From contig JAHIZJ010000027.1 of NCBI GenBank assembly GCA_018814765.1, forward strand, positions 1 through 39,321: DNA of 39,321 nucleotides. The letters run 5' to 3'. The number at the start of each line of letters is the position of its first letter. The first letter of the stretch is position 1. Positions 19,622 through 27,997 of this stretch are shown one piece after another. A model generated the notes under the pieces. The model was not told where the DNA came from. It did not search any database and saw only the letters and a list, made by a program, of their open reading frames with translations. This DNA is from Patescibacteria group bacterium. Lineage in GTDB: Bacteria; Patescibacteriota; Patescibacteriia; JAHIZJ01. The position numbers and the translations under genes were made by a program.

Positions 19622-19671
19622 TCCTCAATTACCCACTACCCCCGTTATACAATTGTGTGATGGGGTTTTTC

Positions 19672-19831
19672 TTGACAACAACAATAATACGTGATATTTT
19701 ATGTTCAGTTAAATTTTAATTCTACGAATCCTTGGTTATGCCAGCTTACGCTCGTTCGACAAGCTCAAAGCTTCGTCTGACAGGCCATTTTCAGGACATT
19801 TCTCGGGATTCGCGGACAAGAGGAAACAAGC
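19672..19831 (+). promoter_or_regulatory. rpsO promoter and structured 5' leader
   Basis: TTGACA at 19672; cgaatcc...ggattcg long-range stem encloses the leader. Confidence 0.45.
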
Positions 19832-20101
19832 ATGGCTATTGAGAAAAAGAAAAAGGAAGAACTGATTAAAAAATTTAAAACACATGCGCATGATACGGGT
19901 TCTTCCGAGGTTCAAATCGCTATCTTATCAGAAGAGGTCAACGAGCTGACTGAACATCTTCAGCAGCATAAAAAAGATTTTTCGTCCCGTCGGGGACTTC
20001 TACGCAAGGTCGGTCAGCGCCGACGTCTTTTAAAATATTTGGAAAAGGAAAACGAAGAGAGCTACTTATCTTTAATTAAAAAACTTAAACTAAAAAGATG
20101 A
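19832..20101 (+). CDS. rpsO: 30S ribosomal protein S15
   Basis: DTGSSEVQIAIL...HKKDFSSRRGL. Confidence 0.98.
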   Translation: MAIEKKKKEELIKKFKTHAHDTGSSEVQIAILSEEVNELTEHLQQHKKDFSSRRGLLRKVGQRRRLLKYLEKENEESYLSLIKKLKLKR

Positions 20102-20697
20102 TAAAACATTCGGACCAACGAGTCGGTGTATTCGTTGATGTCCAGAACTTGTACTATTCAGCTAAGAATATCTATAATTCAAAAGTTAACTTCGGTGAAA
20201 TATTAAATACAGCTATTGCCGGACGAAAATTAATTCGCGCGTTTGCCTATGTTGTCAGAGCTGAGGCCCCGGAAGAGCAAAGTTTTTTTGATGCCTTGAG
20301 CAAGCAAGGGTTTGAACTACGCATGAAAGATTTACAGATTTTTTTCGGTGGTCAGAAAAAAGGAGACTGGGACGTGGGCATTACAATTGATGCCATAAGG
20401 CTATCAGACAAGCTTGACGTGGTGGTTTTAGTCAGTGGTGATGGTGACTATATTCCTCTGGTGGAGTATTTGAAGTTTTCCGGCCAGCAGGTTGAGGTGA
20501 TTGCTTATCAGAAGTCCTCATCCTCGAAGCTTATCGAAGCGGCTGATGATTTTATTGATTTATGCCTTGATGAAAATAAATATTTAATCCGTGGCAGCAA
20601 AAAAGCTTTTAACCTAAAGCGGCTGGTAAACCCGATTCAAAGAGTTACACGACCACGGCGCAGAACAGACAAAATTCAAAAACCAAACATTACGTAA
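20098..20697 (+). CDS. NYN domain protein (LabA/DUF88)
   Basis: FVDVQNLY, KGDWDV, SGDGDY, ADDFIDL. Confidence 0.92.
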   Translation: MIKHSDQRVGVFVDVQNLYYSAKNIYNSKVNFGEILNTAIAGRKLIRAFAYVVRAEAPEEQSFFDALSKQGFELRMKDLQIFFGGQKKGDWDVGITIDAIRLSDKLDVVVLVSGDGDYIPLVEYLKFSGQQVEVIAYQKSSSSKLIEAADDFIDLCLDENKYLIRGSKKAFNLKRLVNPIQRVTRPRRRTDKIQKPNIT

Positions 20698-20799
20698 ATT
20701 ACTAATTAATATCATCCTGGTCCCCGGACCAACAGGCTTTTATGAAACTATACTGAAAGTCTGGAGTCCGTGGGGCAGGTGTTTAAAGGGGTAACTGAC

Positions 20800-23052
20800 A
20801 TGTCAGTTCAAAAATTTGAGACCGATATTGGCGGTCGCAAGATGACAGTTGAAGTCGGTAAATTTGCCGGCCAAGCTGATGGCGCTTGTACTGTCCGCTA
20901 CGGTGACACCGTTGTACTTGCTACTGCGGTGCTTAGTGATTCCATCCGAGAAGGAATTGATTACTTCCCATTGATGGTGGATTATGAAGAACGGCTCTAT
21001 GCAGCCGGTAAGATCAAGGGTTCGCGCTTTATCAAACGCGAGGGACGACCAACCGATGAAGCGGTATTGACCTCGCGGCTGGTTGACCGCTCTATCAGAC
21101 CATTTTTCGATCCAGTCATTCGTAATGATGTTCAAGTTGTCATTACAGTTTTTTCAGTTGATCAGGAAAACGATCCAGACGTTCCAGCTCTTGTAGCTGC
21201 CTCTTGCGCTTTAATGATTTCGGATATTCCCTGGAATGGCCCGGTCGCCGGTGTGCGTGTTGGTCAGATCAACGATGAATGGGTTCTCAATCCCTCATAT
21301 GAAGCACGGGAGAAATCAGCACTGGATTTATTTGTAGTAGAGAATGATGGCAAAATAGTCATGCTTGAGGCCGGTGGCCAGGAAGTTTCGGAAAAGACTA
21401 TGGTAGAAGCTTTGAAGTATAGCCAGAAACATATTAAGAAAATTGTTGAGTTAATTGCAGAAGTACAATCCAATCTGGGAAAAAAGAAGATTGTTCCCGC
21501 AAGCACTATAGTTGAGTCAGCCGATGTCTTGATTAATAATAAGGTTATGGAGTATAGTCAGGAGCGCATCGTTGATATCATAAAGATTAAAGACAAGGCC
21601 GAACGTGAAGAAAAAACCAAACAGTTAATGGATGATCTTGAAGTCAAGCTCAAAGATGACAACGAAGTAACTAAAGAGATGCGTGTTCAAGCGCCTCGCA
21701 TAGTAGACAGGTTACTAGAAACAGCAGTCCGAAAAGTGGTTCTTGAGACGGGAAAGCGAGTTGATGGTCGTGCCATCGATGAACTTAGACCGCTTGAATC
21801 TGAAGTAAGTGTTCTTCCTCGGACCCACGGAACAGGCCTGTTTAATCGGGGTGAAACCCAGGTTCTTTCAATTGTTACCCTTGGTTCACCAGGTGATGAG
21901 CAGCTACTCGACACGATGGAAGAGAGTGGCAAAAAACGCTACATGCATCATTATAACTTTCCGGCTTTTTCGGTCGGTGAAACTGCGCCATTGCGTGGTC
22001 CTAGCCGTCGGGATATTGGTCACGGGGCTCTGGCAGAGAAGGCTCTTGTGCCCGTTCTGCCAAACCAAGAAGACTTTCCATATACCATTAGAGTTGTTTC
22101 AGAAGTGCTTTCGTCAAATGGATCAAGCTCAATGGCTTCTACTTGCGGATCGACTCTTGCCTTGATGGATGCAGGCGTACCCATCAGCAAACCGGTGGCT
22201 GGCATTTCAATCGGTATGATGTCAGACTCAAAATCAGGTGAATATAAGATTCTAACAGATATACAGGGACTGGAAGACCACGTGGGAGATATGGATTTCA
22301 AAGTGGCCGGAACAAAAGACGGGATTACCGCGATACAGCTTGATGTAAAAAACGATGGTTTGACCAACGAACAATGTGCCGAGACACTGGAGCGTGCTAA
22401 AATAGCTCGAGAGCAAATCCTTGATGTGATAACCACAGCTATAAAAGAGCCAAGAGCCGAGCTTTCACAGTATGCACCAAGAATAACTACGCTAAGGATT
22501 GATCCTGATAAGATCCGAAATGTTATTGGTAAGGGTGGTGAGACGATTAATGGAATCATCGATAACTGTGGTGGAAAAGATGTGACCAAGATTGATATAG
22601 AAGATGATGGTCTGGTCATGGTTACTTCACACAGCTCTGAAATGGCCGAACGAGCTATAACCACAATTAAAGATTTAACTCGTGAGCTAAAGGTTGGCGA
22701 AGAATTTGATGGAACGGTTACACAGATCATGACTGATCGAAATACCGGCAAGGAAATTGGCGCCATCGTCGAAGTTCTACCGGGCAAGGACGGCATGGTT
22801 CATATCTCTGAACTGTCAGCCAAAAGGGTTGAAAAAATCGAAGACGTAGTCAAAGTCGGTGATCCACTCAAAGTAAAAGTGGTCGCAGTTGATGCAGAGC
22901 GCGATCGAATAAGTCTCTCTCACCGAGCCTTAACCGAAAGCGATGAAGACCGGGAAAGACGCAAACAGCAACAGCGCGAACGCCGACCGTTCAATAGTCA
23001 TCGTGGCGGTGGCGGTGGATACCGTAATGATAGAGGATCACGAAGCAGATAA
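20800..23052 (+). CDS. pnp: Polyribonucleotide nucleotidyltransferase
   Basis: Two RNase PH domains, SNGSSSMAS, GDMDFKVAG, KH and S1 domains. Confidence 0.98.
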   Translation: MSVQKFETDIGGRKMTVEVGKFAGQADGACTVRYGDTVVLATAVLSDSIREGIDYFPLMVDYEERLYAAGKIKGSRFIKREGRPTDEAVLTSRLVDRSIRPFFDPVIRNDVQVVITVFSVDQENDPDVPALVAASCALMISDIPWNGPVAGVRVGQINDEWVLNPSYEAREKSALDLFVVENDGKIVMLEAGGQEVSEKTMVEALKYSQKHIKKIVELIAEVQSNLGKKKIVPASTIVESADVLINNKVMEYSQERIVDIIKIKDKAEREEKTKQLMDDLEVKLKDDNEVTKEMRVQAPRIVDRLLETAVRKVVLETGKRVDGRAIDELRPLESEVSVLPRTHGTGLFNRGETQVLSIVTLGSPGDEQLLDTMEESGKKRYMHHYNFPAFSVGETAPLRGPSRRDIGHGALAEKALVPVLPNQEDFPYTIRVVSEVLSSNGSSSMASTCGSTLALMDAGVPISKPVAGISIGMMSDSKSGEYKILTDIQGLEDHVGDMDFKVAGTKDGITAIQLDVKNDGLTNEQCAETLERAKIAREQILDVITTAIKEPRAELSQYAPRITTLRIDPDKIRNVIGKGGETINGIIDNCGGKDVTKIDIEDDGLVMVTSHSSEMAERAITTIKDLTRELKVGEEFDGTVTQIMTDRNTGKEIGAIVEVLPGKDGMVHISELSAKRVEKIEDVVKVGDPLKVKVVAVDAERDRISLSHRALTESDEDRERRKQQQRERRPFNSHRGGGGGYRNDRGSRSR

Positions 23053-23062
23053 TTAGATATAT

Positions 23063-23094
23063 AACAGAGCCGGGTCGTTGAGACCCGGTTTTGT
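23063..23094 (+). terminator. pnp terminator
   Basis: acagagccgggtc-gttga-gacccggttttgt. Confidence 0.75.
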
Positions 23095-23101
23095 GATCTA
23101 C

Positions 23102-23130
23102 TTGACCTTATTATAAAAATATCATAAAAT
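23102..23130 (+). promoter_or_regulatory. Sigma70-type promoter of the RT locus
   Basis: TTGACC-N17-TAAAAT. Confidence 0.65.
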
Positions 23131-23136
23131 AAGGAA

Positions 23137-23445
23137 TGCCATACAATATGGTGGTGACGTTGCGTCATCAATGATCATTGAACCTATTAAATATTCACCT
23201 CCTCATTTCGCGCGGTATCCGCGTCCCCGAAAGGGGTCATTTTTCTGGGGCAGGAGATTGATGTGAAGTTACTTCTCTGTAGTTGTTAATTAAAACCATG
23301 TCATCAATTATGTTATCTTCTTTACCAAATAGAAGTAGAATCATAGTTGTATACTTTACGCAATACCTGTTATCCAGTAAGGCAGTAGTTTTAGTATGCT
23401 GTCTTTTAAGGATTCGTTTCTTATTCCTAAAAGATCATTAACAAA
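23137..23445 (+). ncRNA. Candidate RT-associated structured ncRNA (msr/msd-like)
   Basis: No ORF; serial hairpins ccata/tatgg, ggtgacg/cgtcatc, cgcgg/ccgcg, cccc-gaaa-gggg, caattatg/catagttg; long-range ttgttaat/attaacaa. Confidence 0.6.
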
Positions 23446-23462
23446 TTAAAGGGGGTGATAAA

Positions 23463-23675
23463 ATGGAAAATAATAGGTGGATAAAGATAGAACAACACCG
23501 TACCACTACTACACTGTTAATCAAGTACAACAGAAAATCCAAAAGGCCAAAATTGAGAGAAAACCCAGTGTTGAAGGTATTAAGTGCTGTAATAGCAAGA
23601 GTGATAATGAGTGTTCTAAGAATTCCTTACAAATTAACTCGTCTTATACAAACAGACGAGAATAATATATGTTAA
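23463..23675 (+). CDS. Small basic hypothetical protein overlapping the RT start
   Basis: Strong RBS AAAGGGGGTGA; 70 aa; an alternative overlapping frame (23477..23665) is also open. Confidence 0.45.
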   Translation: MENNRWIKIEQHRTTTTLLIKYNRKSKRPKLRENPVLKVLSAVIARVIMSVLRIPYKLTRLIQTDENNIC

Positions 23676-24596
23676 AAATAAATCATTTATCACAGTTGTC
23701 TAATTTAATAAAGACTCCCGTTTCTGTAATACGAGAGTTAATTAAGGTTCGTCAGAACCTTTATAGGTTAAAAGTTGAAAAGAAGAAAGATGGATCGGAT
23801 AGAATCTTGCATATTCCTAGCCCTGAGTTAAAAACTACACAGAAAAAGATAAATAGAAATATCTCAAACTTTTTAAAGCTCCCTAGTTATATTCACTCTC
23901 AGTCTGGGCATTCACATGTTCACCATGCAATGAGTCACATTGGTCGGCCGATGGTATATGTATTTGATATCGAGGATTTTTTTCCTAGCATTACAGGTAG
24001 AATGTTAAAAAAAATATTAATGAAGCATGGCATGAGTGAGATAGTTGCAAACTCTATAACAAAGTTATGTACATATAGCGGCTTTCCTCAAGGAAGAAAA
24101 AAAAATTTGTTAGAAATTTTCTTCCACAAGGAGCACCGACTAGTCCAGCACTTGCCACAATGGTTGCTACAAGAATAGATAGTCGACTGGCTAGAATGTG
24201 TGAAAAAAATAATTGGGTCTATTCAAGATATGCTGATGATTTAGCAATATCTGGCGGAACAGGAATTAAAAAAGCCAGGAATACGATAGAGAAAATTATT
24301 ATGGATGAAGGCTTCTTTATTAAAAAAGCTAAAATAGAAATGATCTTACCAAAAGAAGGGAAAATACTTGTTGGACTCCGCATTGTAAAAAATCAGGTAT
24401 TGTTACCAAGAAGTTATTACAAGAATTTAAGGTCGATGATATTCAAGTTTAATAAAGGCATAGAGGGCGCGAAGCCCAAAGAGACAAACTTAGAATATCC
24501 ATCCAATCTAAGCTTGCATATGCTTTGTACATTGAAAAATTCTTTAGTACAAATGGCAAATATTCGAGACTATCCGCTACAGTCTCTATAACATAG
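23669..24596 (+). pseudogene. Retron-like reverse transcriptase, split across reading frames
   Basis: KKDGSDRILHIP..LK..Q, HAMSH (NAxxH-like), DIEDFFPSI; in the -1 frame LPQGAPTSP, YSRYADDL and LVGL (VTG-like). Confidence 0.88.
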
Positions 24597-24739
24597 TATT
24601 ACATTGCATGTGAAAGTAATTTGGCGACCTTGAAACAATATATTTCGAATATATGATAAGTTTAGTTCGGGAAAATATCGATCTTAAATAGGTCCGACTT
24701 TTTATTTACTCTAATAGGATTATTTGTTAGAGTAACAGT

Positions 24740-25321
24740 ATGATCATATCCATATCAGGTAAGCCGGGCTCAGGAAAAAGCTCAGTTGCTAAGGCGATTG
24801 CTAAAGAGTTTGGACTGGAACGATATTACATGGGCAGACTTTGGCGCGAGAAGGCTCGTGAGAAAGGCTTAACATTAGTTGAAGGGCTGATAGAAGGTGA
24901 GACAGACTCCGTTACAGACAAAGAAATAGATGACTATCAGATAAAGCTCGGTCAGACCAAAGATGATTTCGTTATAGAAGGCCGAACCTCATTTCACTTC
25001 ATTCCTCAATCATATAAGATATACCTGGATGTGGAGCCGGAAGAAGGGGCCAAGCGCATCTGGGGCGACCTGCAAAAGAACGCAGATAAAAGAAACGAAG
25101 CTCAGCAATTAAACAGCGTTGACGATGTGATAAAAAGCGTAGCCAGACGTATTAAAAGCAGTCAAATACGTTACCGGAAGTACTACAATATAGATGTATT
25201 TGATCCAAAAAATTATGATTTTTATCTGGACACAACTAAGATAGATAAGCCAGGTGTGATAAAAAAAGTTATTGAACAAATAAAAAAAGATGTGGTCACT
25301 AGAATCAAAGAAAGGAATTGA
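24740..25321 (+). CDS. cmk: Cytidylate kinase, archaeal-type (AAA family)
   Basis: ISGKPGSGKS, VIEGR, RYRKYYNID, YDFYLDT. Confidence 0.85.
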   Translation: MIISISGKPGSGKSSVAKAIAKEFGLERYYMGRLWREKAREKGLTLVEGLIEGETDSVTDKEIDDYQIKLGQTKDDFVIEGRTSFHFIPQSYKIYLDVEPEEGAKRIWGDLQKNADKRNEAQQLNSVDDVIKSVARRIKSSQIRYRKYYNIDVFDPKNYDFYLDTTKIDKPGVIKKVIEQIKKDVVTRIKERN

Positions 25322-26876
25322 TAAACAGGCGGTAATCGCGCTAATTGGGGGGTTTTTTGTTATTGTGATAATTATAGTCCTTACTGTTGTTATTGAAAAA
25401 AATAATCCATTTAATGGTCAGGGGGCATTTGATCGTTTAATACCCAGCCAGTCACAGTTGTATATACACGCTGATATAAGCAGGATACCAAAAGATAGTG
25501 AATCTGTTGCTAACGAGGAGCTGACTAAGTTTGTCCTAAATGGTGAGCAGGAGCTAAAAAGGCTGATGCCCGGAGGGATTAACCTGACTGTTTTTGCATC
25601 TAATCTTAACAATGAATTGGCGTTTTTCAAGTTAACCGAAGGCTATGGCTTATTGGTCAGAGTAAAATCAGAGGAGCAGTTTCGTGAGTTTATGGCTGAT
25701 TCGTTTAAGGATGAAATAAAGAGTGAGGAGTTTGAAAGTACCAAGATAGTTACACAGACCGCAGATAGTTCTATCAACCTTAGTTGGGCTCGGGTGAATA
25801 AAAAAGTTTATATAATTGCCAGCACAACTGATGTAATTAAAGAAGTTATTTCCGTTGATAAGAAAAAGACAGAGTCGATCGAAGCGCGAATCAAAGTATA
25901 TAATCCCGGTGCTCATTTTATCTATGGGATAGCTAACCCAAAACAATTGGTTGGTACATATAATATTCTTGATTCTATCACTGAGATAGGTTCACAAAGT
26001 CTGAATGAATTCACTGAAACATATTTTGACCTGGACACAAAGGATGGAATGCTTTTTGGAACGATCAGTAATTATGCACCGACCTTGCTAGAAAGATTAA
26101 CTGCCGGTGACTTGCCAAACATTTACAGACAGTCAAGCAGGTACATGCCGGATGATTTGAATCTGGCTTGGCTAAATACAAATCCCGGTGAGTTCATTGA
26201 TAATCTGCAGATGTTTCAACTAGCTTTTCCCGACGAACTGAACTTTGACTGGCCAGACTTTGTAAATCAGGCGCTGGGCTTTGATTGGGAAAAAAACATC
26301 TTGCCTCTTCTTGACATTCAGACCGATATATATGTTGCTCCAACGGATCAGCCAGATGATATGAGTAAACCATTTGTTATTTCCTTTATCCCAGACGAGT
26401 TGGAACAATTGACGGAGACACAAAATAATTTAGAAGCAGTCCTAAGACAAGTACTGGGAACTATGTATCCCAGTCGCTTAGAAAAGATATTATCCGACGG
26501 TAGTAGTGTAGTTGAGCTACTGCCAAATCCCCAAGCAGGTGAGACGACACAGTATCAATATGAAGATCAAACGATTGATAATCTTTGGCGAATTGATTTA
26601 CCGAAATCCGAGATGGTCATAGTTTTTGGTCAGCTGGATAAGCGGATAATCTTTTCGAACTCTACAGAGTTGGTTGATTCTATAATCCAGCAATCGGCTA
26701 TAGATACTGAAGCCACACCCAAGTGTCTGGAAGAAATAAAAGGCAGTCGTCTAATCGTTCTGGATAATAAGCAGATTGAGTCACTAAATTCGCTCGGGCA
26801 TAACATTTCACATCTCTATATAGGAGACGGAATCACAGATAATAAGATTTTGTTAAATTATTGTCTGGAATTCTAA
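25290..26876 (+). CDS. Hypothetical membrane-anchored protein (DUF3352-like)
   Basis: 528 aa with N-terminal TM helix; family call tentative. Confidence 0.7.
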   Translation: MWSLESKKGIDKQAVIALIGGFFVIVIIIVLTVVIEKNNPFNGQGAFDRLIPSQSQLYIHADISRIPKDSESVANEELTKFVLNGEQELKRLMPGGINLTVFASNLNNELAFFKLTEGYGLLVRVKSEEQFREFMADSFKDEIKSEEFESTKIVTQTADSSINLSWARVNKKVYIIASTTDVIKEVISVDKKKTESIEARIKVYNPGAHFIYGIANPKQLVGTYNILDSITEIGSQSLNEFTETYFDLDTKDGMLFGTISNYAPTLLERLTAGDLPNIYRQSSRYMPDDLNLAWLNTNPGEFIDNLQMFQLAFPDELNFDWPDFVNQALGFDWEKNILPLLDIQTDIYVAPTDQPDDMSKPFVISFIPDELEQLTETQNNLEAVLRQVLGTMYPSRLEKILSDGSSVVELLPNPQAGETTQYQYEDQTIDNLWRIDLPKSEMVIVFGQLDKRIIFSNSTELVDSIIQQSAIDTEATPKCLEEIKGSRLIVLDNKQIESLNSLGHNISHLYIGDGITDNKILLNYCLEF

Positions 26877-26991
26877 TTATCTTCATGTGGATAAGCCATA
26901 ACCATACTAACAAGCAGTCCACCTTTTTGTATTTGGCTGGATTTCACGTTTCTTGGCTAAGACTATACAAAAAGATGACAAAATACTGCTC

Positions 26992-27020
26992 TTGACAAGA
27001 TGCTTTTTCTTTGCTATACT
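26992..27020 (+). promoter_or_regulatory. Strong sigma70-type promoter
   Basis: TTGACA-N17-TATACT. Confidence 0.75.
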
Positions 27021-27026
27021 CCTAAT

Positions 27027-27432
27027 AGAATCATTGACAACCCAAATACTTCATGCCGGAATGGTGTGAAATACCACTTCCACGTAGCGCGGAATTGGAT
27101 TTTCATACTGTTCGAAATAACTGCCCTTCCGACGGGCTGAAAACCAAAACAAATTCCCCCAAAACAGGGGAAAACAAAAACAAAAAGGTGTTTTTCTGCG
27201 ACTTCGGTTAAAGTGAAATACCGTAAGAACGGTGTGAAGAGCTGCACATTTGATAGTCGGATATAATGTGTGTAAGAGCATTGAACGGAATGCCTTGCGC
27301 TGGCTATACGAATACCTCATTTGAAAAAAGTTAAATTGGGTGCTCGTATAGCCGGACTCGGCTTATTTAATGCTTTGGGCGTAGCTAGCCATTTACTAAT
27401 CGTTTAGGGCTTGAACTACGCCCTTTTCTTTT
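27027..27432 (+). ncRNA. Unidentified ~400-nt structured RNA
   Basis: Lies between promoter and terminator (gggcgtag...ctacgccc plus T run); long-range G-U-containing helices; no credible ORF. Confidence 0.6.
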
Positions 27433-27479
27433 TGTTGTAATTCGTTGTAGAAATTATATACTTGTTGTAGGAGATTATT

Positions 27480-27947
27480 ATGTTAAATCCATTTCGTTAT
27501 CCCGTATTACTTATTTCAGCTTGTGCTGTTTTATTTTTCTCTGATCGGTTGGGTAAGCTTATATCACAACTAAATGTCAACACCAACGTCATAATAAATA
27601 AGTGTTTTGCTTTTGGATATTATCCAAATCAGGGAATAGGCTTTGGGATACAGATGAACAAAACGATCATTATTGTTACGTCGGTAATAATCATTTTAGG
27701 ACTAGCCGGTTGGCTAGTTCATGTATGGAATAAAGAATATGCAATGCAAGCTTGGGGCATCAGCTTTATTGTTGCGGGAGCTACTAATAATTTGTTAGAC
27801 AGAATATTTTTTGGTCATGTGATTGATTATATAAAGTTATTTGATTGGTCACTGTTTAACCTAGCTGATGTAATGATAGTTGTTGGATTGATCATTGTTT
27901 TGTTGGGACTGCATAAGCCTGAAAAGAATGACTTTACAAAAAATTAG
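27480..27947 (+). CDS. lspA: Signal peptidase II
   Basis: NQGIGFG, GATNNLLDRI, VIDYI, FNLAD. Confidence 0.9.
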   Translation: MLNPFRYPVLLISACAVLFFSDRLGKLISQLNVNTNVIINKCFAFGYYPNQGIGFGIQMNKTIIIVTSVIIILGLAGWLVHVWNKEYAMQAWGISFIVAGATNNLLDRIFFGHVIDYIKLFDWSLFNLADVMIVVGLIIVLLGLHKPEKNDFTKN

Positions 27948-27997
27948 TATTGAGTTAGGCTAATAATAGCAGGCGAGATTTGTGGCCTGTTTTTCTT

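Noticed and set aside
22020-22796. 258-aa antisense ORF, and similar shadow ORFs within ABC, dipZ, leuS and dnaK
   Set aside because: Antisense shadows of well-supported genes
23669-24596. DGR or group II intron RT
   Set aside because: The motif is PQGAPTSP rather than the DGR-type GNLTSQ; I found no template/variable repeat pair, maturase domain or intron domain V
27014-27320. Minus-strand ORFs of 77 and 89 aa
   Set aside because: No RBS or protein-like features; promoter, terminator and G-U pairing all point to a + strand RNA
27027-27432. RNase P RNA or tmRNA
   Set aside because: No GAGGAAAGTCC P4 strand; no tRNA-like T-arm and CCA end
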